Below are positions 15,742 through 25,889 of a stretch of DNA of 56,938 bases, piece by piece (within the stretch, counting starts at the first letter, position 1; each line of letters opens with the position of its first letter). This DNA is from a virus (lineage: Duplodnaviria > Caudoviricetes). The notes beneath the pieces were generated by a model, which was not told the DNA's origin, ran no database searches, and saw only the letters and a program-made list of their open reading frames with translations. Both the position numbers and the translations under genes were made by a program. The stretch is taken from IMG/VR virus record IMGVR_UViG_3300011114_000231, positions 1-56,938 of that record. One strand, given 5' to 3'.

Positions 15742-18591
15742 ATGAATACGCTGGATTTTCTTCGGCGAGTTTTGCCGACTGAAGGCTTATATGTTTCTGT
15801 AGTTGTTAATGCTAAATATACCAGACAGGGGTTCTACGATTCCATAGATAAGTTGTCAGATGCCGTCACCGCATTGAGTGATAGTGGCAACAATGTTTAT
15901 TATGCTGTGGCTTCTTTTGCTGATCGTGCTGGTGGTCGCAAGCAACCAAACGTGCATTTGCTGAAGGCTCTTTACCTCGACGTTGACTGTGGTGAGGACA
16001 AACCGTTCTTCGATTGGAAGGACGGCCTTAAAGCTATTGGTAAGTTTATCGCAGACACTGGTCTGCCCAAGCCTATGATTGTTCGATCAGGCAATGGACT
16101 TCATGTGTACTGGGTATTAGACCGTGAGTACTCCAGAGCCGAGTGGCAACCAGTAGCCGAGATGCTCAAAGCCTCCACATCTGCACATAACTTTGAGGTT
16201 GATCCAGCAGTCCCTGCCGACAGCGCACGTGTTCTTAGAGCAGTGGGGACTATCAATCCAAAGGGCGGCAACACGGTAACGAAAATCATAGACGCTAGTC
16301 CAGTTGATTTAGAAACACTTAAAAACATATTGTCAAAGTACGTACCGACCACACGGGTATTCACAACCAAGCCTAAGACAAGTTCCTTGCTGGATAATCT
16401 AGCAGTTAAGTCTGACTACCCAGAGGCAGACCCCTCCATCATTGTAAACAAGTGCGCTCAGTTAACGCATATAACCACCAACCAGAAAGATATTTCTGAG
16501 CCACTGTGGTACGCCGCCCTGGGAGTAGCCGCGTATTGTATCAACCCAGAACAAACTGCCATAGAGTGGAGTCAGTATCATCCTAGCTTCGACCCGAACG
16601 AAACCATTCGGAAGATGGAGCAAGCCAAGGCCAACACCACTGGACCGTCTCTATGCTCAAGGTTTGAGAGTGAGAACCCCAATGGATGTAAGGGTTGTGT
16701 ATTCAAAGATAGAGTGAGTACCCCCGCCAGACTGAGCGTTAACTACGCCGCTATTGACCCAGATGACAATGCCCCAGACGACATAGTTAAAACTATAGCA
16801 GTGCCTTGGCCCTTCAAGCGCACGGCAAGCGGCATGAAGATGACGATCAATGACGTTGATACAGACGTTTGCAAGTTCGATATATACCCAGTTGGCTATG
16901 GTAGGGATGAAACCCTTGGATATGAGACTGTGCGTTATAGGTGGAACCGTCCTCATGTGGGATGGCAACCTCTTATCTTTAGGCAAGCCTACCTCAACGA
17001 CACAAGCAGAGAGTTTGCTGGGTGCATAGCTGACCAAGGTATTGTGCTACAGAACAGGAAGCAGACGGAGAATTTTCAGTACATGCTCAGATCATATATG
17101 GACGAACTGCGGCAGTTACGTTCTATGAGTAACCTGTACGCATCAATGGGGTGGAAGGAAGGCAACACTCAATTCCTCCTTGGTGACAACTTGTTTAAGC
17201 AAGACGCAACTGGTTCCGCAGTGCAAGAGCAAGCGTCATTCGCGGCTAATACCCACCGCACTGTCGAGCCTATGTTCATAAGTGCTGGCAGCGTAGATGG
17301 GTGGGCTAAGTTCACATCTCTTATCGAAAAAGCAAACATGCCTATTCACGGGTTCGCTTTGCTCGTGTCCATGTCATCGCCGCTGTACAAATTTACTGGG
17401 CTAAAAGGCCTGACAATAAATCTATATGGACCAACAGGTGCTGGTAAAACTCTAGCGCAGTACTGGCAACAGTCCGTGTGGGGTGATCCAGAGAAGCTAC
17501 ACTACACAGCCAAGTTCACACAGAACGCTTTGTATGCACGTATGGGGCTGTACAATAACCTGCCAGTCACCATCGACGAAACTACTATGATGCAGTCTAA
17601 AGATGTCGGGGACTTTCTGTACTCCGTATCACAGGGCAAAGAGAAGGCCAGACTTAACCGCAACGCTGAAGAGCGCGACACAAAAACGTGGAGTACTGTG
17701 GTAACAACGTCATCAAATAGGTCGATGAGTTCCATGCTCGTAGCCTCTGGACTTGAGACCGATGCACAGATGGCGCGTCTGCTTGAGATCACAGTGGAGA
17801 AGCATCCACTTCTGGTGCGTAGCACAGAAGCTGGTCAAAAGATGTATGAGTTCATTACAACTAACTACGGTACGGTTGGCCCAGCTATCATAAAACATCT
17901 TATGGAGCTAGGCGAAGATAACATACGGCTTTCTATCCAGAACCATAAGGCCATGTTCTATGCCCAATATAATTGTGAGTTTACTGGTAGTGAGCGCTAC
18001 TGGGAACAGGCTATTCTCCTAGCAGATTATATTGGTAAGATCGCCAAGAGCCTTGATCTAATCCAGTTCAACCATTCTAAGTGCATAGAGCATGTCCTCA
18101 AACAGATCGGAGCGATGCGTAAGGCTGTGAAGGAGAATAGCGTGGATGCGTTTGATGTGATCACGGAATACATCAACGAACATTCTGGCAATACAATCAC
18201 GGTCATGCACACTGGAACCAATAAGCCTCAACCTAACTCAAACCGTATACCTAGAGGTAGCGTATGCATTAGGTTCGACCTTTACCGTCCAACACAGATT
18301 GCCCCATTTGATAGAGGCACTGTGCTGTTTGACCGTAAGCATTTCAGAATGTGGCTAGCCACAAAGGGCGGAGACTATCGCTCTCTTGTCCGCGAGATCA
18401 CAATGGCTGGGGTGCAAGCTACGCCCCAATCAGAGAAAGCGTTCCTCGGTAAAGACACTGACATCAAGCTTGGACAGCAATACGTGTTGGGAGTTAGCCT
18501 CAACCATCCTCGCCTTGCTGGTGTGTTGAATGACGCAGACGATGCCGCCATGTCTGCGCCACTTAATGTTATACAGGGTGGTAAGAATTAA
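15742..18591 (+). CDS. Primase-helicase (RepB/AEP-like primase, PriCT-like region, DUF927 helicase)
   Basis: LDVD and SGNGLHVYW primase motifs, RVLR, Cys cluster, Walker A GPTGAGKT, Walker B TIDE. Confidence 0.9.
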   Translation: MNTLDFLRRVLPTEGLYVSVVVNAKYTRQGFYDSIDKLSDAVTALSDSGNNVYYAVASFADRAGGRKQPNVHLLKALYLDVDCGEDKPFFDWKDGLKAIGKFIADTGLPKPMIVRSGNGLHVYWVLDREYSRAEWQPVAEMLKASTSAHNFEVDPAVPADSARVLRAVGTINPKGGNTVTKIIDASPVDLETLKNILSKYVPTTRVFTTKPKTSSLLDNLAVKSDYPEADPSIIVNKCAQLTHITTNQKDISEPLWYAALGVAAYCINPEQTAIEWSQYHPSFDPNETIRKMEQAKANTTGPSLCSRFESENPNGCKGCVFKDRVSTPARLSVNYAAIDPDDNAPDDIVKTIAVPWPFKRTASGMKMTINDVDTDVCKFDIYPVGYGRDETLGYETVRYRWNRPHVGWQPLIFRQAYLNDTSREFAGCIADQGIVLQNRKQTENFQYMLRSYMDELRQLRSMSNLYASMGWKEGNTQFLLGDNLFKQDATGSAVQEQASFAANTHRTVEPMFISAGSVDGWAKFTSLIEKANMPIHGFALLVSMSSPLYKFTGLKGLTINLYGPTGAGKTLAQYWQQSVWGDPEKLHYTAKFTQNALYARMGLYNNLPVTIDETTMMQSKDVGDFLYSVSQGKEKARLNRNAEERDTKTWSTVVTTSSNRSMSSMLVASGLETDAQMARLLEITVEKHPLLVRSTEAGQKMYEFITTNYGTVGPAIIKHLMELGEDNIRLSIQNHKAMFYAQYNCEFTGSERYWEQAILLADYIGKIAKSLDLIQFNHSKCIEHVLKQIGAMRKAVKENSVDAFDVITEYINEHSGNTITVMHTGTNKPQPNSNRIPRGSVCIRFDLYRPTQIAPFDRGTVLFDRKHFRMWLATKGGDYRSLVREITMAGVQATPQSEKAFLGKDTDIKLGQQYVLGVSLNHPRLAGVLNDADDAAMSAPLNVIQGGKN

Positions 18592-21500
18592 TCTGTTAGG
18601 GATTCAAACAACCTACGAATATCTTCTTGCGACCCCTTTGGTGCGGCTTTGATTGTTCTCTCACCTGCTGGACGAGAAGCTTCCTTCTTCATACGCTGGT
18701 AGCTTCTTTCAAAGTTACGCATCTCATATACAGTGCCACGTGTTTGCTCGTTCCAGTTAGCTACAGCCTCTCTGACGGCGGCGGCACGATCTGTGTCGCC
18801 CGTCATCTCAGCTTTGAGCAGTGCTATGCGCCATGCCGAAGTAACTTCTTTCTGGTAGCCAGTCATGCGGTTGGAAATCTTGATGACTTCGTACTGCTCT
18901 GCGGCCTTAGATGGGTAGAACCCCAAGAGCCTAGCGATGGACACACCTACAGACATATCTGGACTTACCACATAGCCACGGCGGTCAACGATTGCACCGT
19001 TCTGGTTATAGGCTACAGCATCACCGACGGTTCTAAGGAACGTGACAGGTGAGGAACGTGCTATATCGACAAGGCTTTTCTTTTCAGAGAACGGAAGCAT
19101 AACTATATCTCTGGCAGTAGCCGCCGCATCCATAGCAAATGAACCCATTGGACCAGTCAGGTCTTTTCCTTCGATGGCTGTCTTTGCACCTGCCAAGAAT
19201 ATGCCTGTTCCTGGTACCATATTACCCATAGAGAACTTAGCACCAACATCTCCTGACAAACCAAACTGATGCACCACGCCATTGATAACGAGCGAAGCAA
19301 GTCCAGGATGAATGTCATCTAATACCTTAGTGAACTCTGCCCTAACACTACCAGACTTCATGCCAAGTTGTTGCATCAGAGTATCAGCCAAGTCCTCCAT
19401 ATCCTCGGCAAATGGAAGCCCCTTGGCCCCAGCCATAACATACATCATCCCAAGCACCATGATCTTGCCAGTCGTATCCAAGTTCTTGATCAGTTGGATG
19501 GTAGTGACTGGGAACACCTTATACATATACAGCAGTGACGGAAGACCCTGCCTCCATGCTGGTGGGCGGTTGAGAATAGAATAGTCACCGATAGTTTCGT
19601 CAAGAGATTTACCAGCGAACAGACGGGCAGCGGCATCTGCTTCCACTGCGGTACGACCAGCGGCAATGCTACGTGCATAGTCAAGGCGATACGCAGCCAG
19701 ACCTGCTGAGCGACGAGATGCCTGCTCAGTCAAGTTAAATGGAGCCATCATTATGTTGACAGCTTTCTGCGCCCAAGGTGCCTGGATATGATCAAGTGCA
19801 ACAGACAGCAAGTTGTTGATAGATGCTGGCTGCATACGACCGCCGTTGATTTCGTCGGCTAGATACTTAGCCTCATTGGCTGTGATTTGCTTTTGAAGTT
19901 CAGCATTGTTTTCGTAGTTATCATAGTATGCGGCAGTGTTGACTTCCGCGTTGGTTAGACCACTAAGCCCGACCTGCCCGAAGGCAGTATGGTATTCAGA
20001 CATAGCCTTACCGTAGCCGAAACCACCGCCGAAATTATTCTTTTCATTATACGTAGCCATCCACGGACCCCAGTTCGTATAGATACTGGTCAAGTTCATG
20101 ATGCCTTGGACGGGAGTCATACCTAATTGCGCGGTTGTAGCAAACGCTTTGAACATGGAAATCTTTTTACCAGACTCCAAGTCAGAAGAATCTACGTACT
20201 TATTGTTCTCAAGCATGGCCAAGGTACGACCAGCCATATTGTAAAACTCGTTGGCACGTGAGTACCCCCGCTGTCCCGCAGGCGGGAGTGTTTCTTCGCT
20301 ACCATTCCAGCCTTTCATATCTGGGTATGTCTGCTTATACATATACAACGCGCTGTTGAGTTCACGTTGCATAAGATTTTTACGTTCTGGATCAGTCTGA
20401 GCATCAACTTCTTTTTTCAGAGCGATGATATATTTCTCATTGCCGTTCCACAGCTCCATGCTCTTTGGATTGCTACGATCCAAGAGTTCACGCATAGCGG
20501 GGCGACTCTCCGTCTTGGAGATGATAGACGCACGACCACGAATATGTTGTGCTACTCCAACCAGTGCATCTTTTGGGTTATATCCAGGGGTCTCGGAGTA
20601 AGCCAACTTGCTACGCGCACTATTACTGGTCTCAGTAAGAGTTGTAATGATGTCAGCCATTACGTCAGGGGTCGGGTTAATACCGAACAGGCGCAACCCA
20701 TGCAGGAACGTATCCAAGTTGAGGCTTGGGTCTGTGGATATTTGTTCAATCGCACTACCGTAGCTGGCTACCAAACGCACGTCCTTAGTCTCAACCTGAC
20801 CTTCATCGCCTTCGACTAAAGCACTATAGGTTGAATCTTTGAACTTGTTATTAAACGCATCGGATGCGTTTTTTGCGTCAGATGGGTTTTCAAATAAAGA
20901 GAACACCAACATATCCTGATGCTCTTGAGATAGGCGCACAGGCTTATCACCAATATATGCGGTGATACGCATCTGATGATTGCCTTCACGGTAGATAGGT
21001 GTGTAGCCCTCTACAATTTTTTCTTTAGTCTCGCGCTCTGCTTTGTCGAAGTTGGCTTCAGATGTAATGATCCTTTTGATTTCATTCTGGAGGATGTATG
21101 CTTTATTAGGGCTGCGATCCAGTTCCTCTCTGGTTATACGGCGCGACTTGAAGTCATCCAGCATACCCAAGAAATCATCAGCTTGCTTCTGGTTATTGAA
21201 GAACTGATTTAGACTTGCATTTTTATCACTCTCACGTGCAATCATTGCTTCATTGAGGAGTGCAGCAAACTCATTACTTTTGCTTACAGAGTTATTATTG
21301 AGAGATAACCTACCACGCGCATCTTTAGTCATGCCATCAGTATATATTTGTTTATATATACGAGTAGCTTCGGCGAGGAACCTAGAGTCAGCCGCAGTGA
21401 AGTCGCCTGTTTTCATCAGGCGTTTAATCGACTCTCTGGATATGTCTTGATCAGATAGTACACTTGTGTACTTAGCCATGAGAAGATCAACTTCAATGTC

Positions 21501-24500
21501 GTTCATAGCCTTAGCTAATTCAACATAGGCGTTGTATTGCGCTTCAGTCAGGTTAGGGATGCCCTTAAAAGTACGATCTTCTTTGGCATTAGAGTTTAGA
21601 AAAGCAGGTACATTCTTAACTGTTATACCATCCTTGGCTTCGTCATATGTCATAATGCCGTATTTACGCAGACGATCAACCTCTGCCTTATTTATGGTTG
21701 GGTTACCATCTTTGTCGGTAGTAATAAGTTTGGCAGTACCAAAATCTATTTCAGTAGTACGTGTTTTCCAGATGGCTAAGTCACGACCAGCATACAGCAA
21801 CTTAGATGCAGACTCTCTAAGTTCTTGTTTCCCGCCAAAGATAGCACCAATCCTAGCGTTATAGGTATTAAGAACCTGAGCATCACGCTGAGACACTGTT
21901 TTGGTCAGGTTAACAAATGCGTTAAGTCCAGCGTTCTCGTTCGATGTGAACGTAGCCAACGATAGATATTTATTAGAAAAGTTATTCCACTTCTCACGGG
22001 TATTAATATCCTGCCCAGTGATCATCTTCAACGCAGCATCTAGATTAAGGTCTTGGGTTTTGTCATGAATCCAGTGGCTGAAGTCGCTCATATCCACACG
22101 AAGCGGACCCTGTGCGAAACGCCCAGTACCTGTGTTACCAGAATCAATCTGGTTGATACGACGGCCTATAGCTTCCGCATCAAACGCTGAGCTTGTCTGC
22201 CCAGTGCGCACATAGCGACGAGCCTGATCAAGCACGTAGCGCATAGCCTCATCACCAAAGCGGATGCCGACGTTGTTCAAGAAACCCTTGATGGAGTTCC
22301 AGATACGGCGAAGCAGGCTGGTGTCTAGCAGGCCAGCATAGTCAGACAGGTATTCTTCAACAGCTTCTGCTGTAGACATACCTTCGTTAGCCATCATGGC
22401 AGCATCGACTTCTGCCTTGATGTATGGGTTCTCGTTATACAGAGACTCCATGATGGAATCGAAATTGCTCTGCGGCATAATGCCACGCAAGCCAAAGTGT
22501 CCAAGCGTTTCATGTGCTACAACAAATTGCAGGTGCTGCTGATGTGCAATGCGATCAGAGAATATAACAACATGCTGAGTGCCGTTGTGGGTAAACGAGT
22601 ATCCTGCTGCATTGGCTTTATCAAAGTCACCTTGAGGACGAGCAGCTACCGCCTGTGCATAGAGCGTAGGATTAGATGCTTTCATATCCGCTTGGTTGCG
22701 GAACACATGTGTGTTTGGTTTAACAGCAAACTTGGCGATGATGTTATTAACTAACATACGCACACGCCCAACACTCATAGGTGTCGTAGGCGCACCGCTC
22801 TGCGTATCAACTGAACCGCCAGTTGTGTTCCAATCAGCCAGAGAATACTTGCCGGTACCAGGGGCTGTATTATTTACAGCCTGTGCATTTGCTGTAGCTT
22901 GTGCTCTAGCCATACCATCTTGAGCGGCTTTGATGTCAGCCTCTAGTTTGGTAGCGCGTTTGTTGTACACATCAGGGTCTAAAGAACCTGCCATATTCTG
23001 CAAGTTGTTCAGATTATTTTGTGCAAGTGCTAGGGCTTTTTCAAACTTACTGATAACCGCTGCCGTCTCACCAGTGATGGTGCTTGGGCCAAATGACGTT
23101 TCAATAGGAACCTCTATGGTTGGAGGTGCCGTAGTAACAGCTACTTCTGGTTGCGTTACCCGTCTATTGTGCAGTTCAGCAAGACGCTTAGCCCCTTCGG
23201 TGAGGCTAGTTGTTCTGCCAGTAGTTGTTGCCACATTTGGATTCGCAATAGAACCACCAGCCCCAGTTAAATTACCTTCTGAGGATGTTTGGTTTTGCGT
23301 TGGGCTTTGGTTTTGTGCGGTTGAGGGGGCGGTTGCGACCACCCCTTCCGGCTTTGGGGGCGTTACTTCCCCTTGCGAGGCCGCGCCTTGCTGAGTGCGA
23401 TTGCCACCGCCTGTTTGACCGCCGCCTGCTTGTTCTTGGGGTGCGACGTTCCGATTTTGTGACTGCCCTTCCAGTCGTCCACTAGCGTTTTGACGTTTGC
23501 GGAGATTGTTTTTTGGCTCTTGCCCGCCTTGAGTGGCATTGGGTGTCCCTTTCTGTAATAGTCTAGCTAGTGGAGTTCCTTTTTTAGTAAACATTTCCAT
23601 CTGGCCAGATGGAACACTCTGAGTGGTCATAGGTACTTCTGCCAAGTTACCCCGCCCACGCGCTGCCATATCCTGCTGGCTAGCAAGTTGACTTTGTGTT
23701 TGCGCTGGCAAAACTCCAGGTACGGCAGGGCGCACCTTGCTGCGCAGATATTCAGCACGAGCAGACCGCTGCTTCCCTTCTGTTTTCCCTGCCCGCCCTG
23801 GAACAAACAACGGAAGTTGTTCTGGCATAACAGCAGGTGCTGGACCAGCTTGAGGAATACCTGCAGCAGCAAGCGTACCCTGTGGAAGAGTATCAGCCTG
23901 TGCCTGTGCATCTTGACCTAGCTGCGCCTCAACTTGTGCAAGGCTCTTATCAAGAACTTTCTGCAAGCGATTGCGTTCACGTTGGGTAGGAGCAGAATCC
24001 CTATTAGCCTTATCCTGCTGCGCACGAAGAAGTGCCGCACCCAGTGCAGTATTTGCTGCAGGCATCGGCATCGGCATCGGCATCGGTGCAGGAGCTGGTG
24101 CAGCAGGAGCTACTTGAGGTGCAGGAGGAGCAAGCGGAAGTTCTAACTGCTGGCCACCAAGAGGTAGGTTTAGTTGCTGAGGCTCGTAATATTTAGTTGG
24201 AGCAGTCTGCTGTGGACCACCTGGGAATAACTCACCCTGCCTAGGAGCACCTTCAAACATGGGTAAGCCAGTGAAGTCTGGCGGCATCGAAGGTGGAAGT
24301 GGGCGTGGAGGTGCCGCAGGACGTTGTGGAAGCCCCGTATCAAACGGAAGCTCCATCTGCCCCGTTGGTGCAGGTGGATAGATAGGGGACAGTTCTGCTG
24401 GAGCACGGCGTGGTGTAGTTCCACCTGTAATGCCAAGCAATTCGGGGAATAATTCACCCTGCGTCCCAACAGATTTCGGCAGGAATGGTGCTGGGGCATC

Positions 24501-25874
24501 AGGAGGTGCAAGTGCTGGGGCAGTAGTATCAGCCTTTGCCTTATCCCCAGCGTTCTTATTTAGATCAACTGGGGTGAACATCCCAGTGACACCACCGGTA
24601 CCAAAGCCAAGAACAGCGCCAACGCCAGCAGCCATAGCAATATCATAGCCGTACTTATCAATGATGTACGGAGCCAGCATCTTCATGTCGTTGACATTCA
24701 GCTTGCTACGGAACTCAGGATCAAATGTAGCCTTCTGAATAAGTTCCGCTGTGCCTTCGGCAAAGGCTTCGCTAAATGCGCCCATGCTAGCCTGTCTACC
24801 AATAGCTGCTTTGCGGGTAGCATAACTGGCAACGCCCTCAAGTTCTTTACGAAATACCATAGACATGCCTTTAGCCAGACCGTGATCTGCCCAAGACTGA
24901 ATGGCTGTGCTGCTGGCAGCGGCGGCTAAGATTTGCGCACGAACTGCTGGGTCTTCTACGTTGTATGCTGGTGTTCCGTCTGCGTTCTTAGCATTAGCTG
25001 CTGCTTCATACAGACCTTTGACTTCACCAGGGAATGTAGTTGCCACTACGCCAGTGAGCGAGCCAATGTTACGCGCACGATTAAGTGCTGCTGCAGCTGA
25101 AGCAACTTCAGCTGTTGTTGCGCCAGCGGCGGCTGTTACTCCTGCAAGTCCAGCACGGGTAGCGATGTTACCAGCAAGGGCAGCGCCCCCCACACCCCCA
25201 ATAACGGAAGTTGCTAAGGATGGGATTGCTTGAACAACAGCATCAAAGAAATTTTGTGTGCCAGACTGGCGGCTAGCAATAAGCGCAGACCTAGCCTGTT
25301 CGTTCTGAGATGGTTCGATATATTTATCAGAGAACCCAGCAATGGCCTTACCCGTATCAGGTGCGATACCCGTGGTTTCCAATACACGACCAACACCACC
25401 AACCAATGCTCCAGCGGTATTCTGCACCCCCTGCATAAAGTTGCCACCAAACCCGCGGTTAGATGCAAGTTGGTTTAGATAATCATTATATCCTTCTGGT
25501 GTCAGTCTAGTTCCTGTGAATCCCTGCGGCGGAGGAGTAGGATCACCTAGACGTTGAGCAGCAGTGAACGCAGCGTTGACATCACCAGGATCAAATACAG
25601 AACCACCAGCAAACATCTTGTTAGATGCTTGATCAAACAGGATTTGACCACCAGACTGCTGCGGTGTTTTCTCTATAGCCTGCCTACCAATTTGTGCGCC
25701 AGCAGCACTAAAAGCATCTGCCATAGACCGTTGAGCAGCTTGTAACTGAACAGCAGCATCAGCAGAGGAAGGAGCTAAATTGCCTAACCCATTGGCTTGA
25801 GTGACGCTACCTGGGTCACGAGCTGCGCCATAAGCAAGTTCAATATCATTGCTTGGATAAAGTAAGCCAGCCAT
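18588..25874 (-). CDS. Giant internal virion/ejection protein (large polyvalent-like) with HExxH metallopeptidase-like domain
   Basis: 2428 aa, last gene of the structural arm; VVAHETLGHFG and AVEEYL; hydrophobic segments near both ends. Confidence 0.75.
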   Translation of the reverse strand: MAGLLYPSNDIELAYGAARDPGSVTQANGLGNLAPSSADAAVQLQAAQRSMADAFSAAGAQIGRQAIEKTPQQSGGQILFDQASNKMFAGGSVFDPGDVNAAFTAAQRLGDPTPPPQGFTGTRLTPEGYNDYLNQLASNRGFGGNFMQGVQNTAGALVGGVGRVLETTGIAPDTGKAIAGFSDKYIEPSQNEQARSALIASRQSGTQNFFDAVVQAIPSLATSVIGGVGGAALAGNIATRAGLAGVTAAAGATTAEVASAAAALNRARNIGSLTGVVATTFPGEVKGLYEAAANAKNADGTPAYNVEDPAVRAQILAAAASSTAIQSWADHGLAKGMSMVFRKELEGVASYATRKAAIGRQASMGAFSEAFAEGTAELIQKATFDPEFRSKLNVNDMKMLAPYIIDKYGYDIAMAAGVGAVLGFGTGGVTGMFTPVDLNKNAGDKAKADTTAPALAPPDAPAPFLPKSVGTQGELFPELLGITGGTTPRRAPAELSPIYPPAPTGQMELPFDTGLPQRPAAPPRPLPPSMPPDFTGLPMFEGAPRQGELFPGGPQQTAPTKYYEPQQLNLPLGGQQLELPLAPPAPQVAPAAPAPAPMPMPMPMPAANTALGAALLRAQQDKANRDSAPTQRERNRLQKVLDKSLAQVEAQLGQDAQAQADTLPQGTLAAAGIPQAGPAPAVMPEQLPLFVPGRAGKTEGKQRSARAEYLRSKVRPAVPGVLPAQTQSQLASQQDMAARGRGNLAEVPMTTQSVPSGQMEMFTKKGTPLARLLQKGTPNATQGGQEPKNNLRKRQNASGRLEGQSQNRNVAPQEQAGGGQTGGGNRTQQGAASQGEVTPPKPEGVVATAPSTAQNQSPTQNQTSSEGNLTGAGGSIANPNVATTTGRTTSLTEGAKRLAELHNRRVTQPEVAVTTAPPTIEVPIETSFGPSTITGETAAVISKFEKALALAQNNLNNLQNMAGSLDPDVYNKRATKLEADIKAAQDGMARAQATANAQAVNNTAPGTGKYSLADWNTTGGSVDTQSGAPTTPMSVGRVRMLVNNIIAKFAVKPNTHVFRNQADMKASNPTLYAQAVAARPQGDFDKANAAGYSFTHNGTQHVVIFSDRIAHQQHLQFVVAHETLGHFGLRGIMPQSNFDSIMESLYNENPYIKAEVDAAMMANEGMSTAEAVEEYLSDYAGLLDTSLLRRIWNSIKGFLNNVGIRFGDEAMRYVLDQARRYVRTGQTSSAFDAEAIGRRINQIDSGNTGTGRFAQGPLRVDMSDFSHWIHDKTQDLNLDAALKMITGQDINTREKWNNFSNKYLSLATFTSNENAGLNAFVNLTKTVSQRDAQVLNTYNARIGAIFGGKQELRESASKLLYAGRDLAIWKTRTTEIDFGTAKLITTDKDGNPTINKAEVDRLRKYGIMTYDEAKDGITVKNVPAFLNSNAKEDRTFKGIPNLTEAQYNAYVELAKAMNDIEVDLLMAKYTSVLSDQDISRESIKRLMKTGDFTAADSRFLAEATRIYKQIYTDGMTKDARGRLSLNNNSVSKSNEFAALLNEAMIARESDKNASLNQFFNNQKQADDFLGMLDDFKSRRITREELDRSPNKAYILQNEIKRIITSEANFDKAERETKEKIVEGYTPIYREGNHQMRITAYIGDKPVRLSQEHQDMLVFSLFENPSDAKNASDAFNNKFKDSTYSALVEGDEGQVETKDVRLVASYGSAIEQISTDPSLNLDTFLHGLRLFGINPTPDVMADIITTLTETSNSARSKLAYSETPGYNPKDALVGVAQHIRGRASIISKTESRPAMRELLDRSNPKSMELWNGNEKYIIALKKEVDAQTDPERKNLMQRELNSALYMYKQTYPDMKGWNGSEETLPPAGQRGYSRANEFYNMAGRTLAMLENNKYVDSSDLESGKKISMFKAFATTAQLGMTPVQGIMNLTSIYTNWGPWMATYNEKNNFGGGFGYGKAMSEYHTAFGQVGLSGLTNAEVNTAAYYDNYENNAELQKQITANEAKYLADEINGGRMQPASINNLLSVALDHIQAPWAQKAVNIMMAPFNLTEQASRRSAGLAAYRLDYARSIAAGRTAVEADAAARLFAGKSLDETIGDYSILNRPPAWRQGLPSLLYMYKVFPVTTIQLIKNLDTTGKIMVLGMMYVMAGAKGLPFAEDMEDLADTLMQQLGMKSGSVRAEFTKVLDDIHPGLASLVINGVVHQFGLSGDVGAKFSMGNMVPGTGIFLAGAKTAIEGKDLTGPMGSFAMDAAATARDIVMLPFSEKKSLVDIARSSPVTFLRTVGDAVAYNQNGAIVDRRGYVVSPDMSVGVSIARLLGFYPSKAAEQYEVIKISNRMTGYQKEVTSAWRIALLKAEMTGDTDRAAAVREAVANWNEQTRGTVYEMRNFERSYQRMKKEASRPAGERTIKAAPKGSQEDIRRLFESLTD

Positions 25875-25889
25875 TGGTTATGCCTCTAG

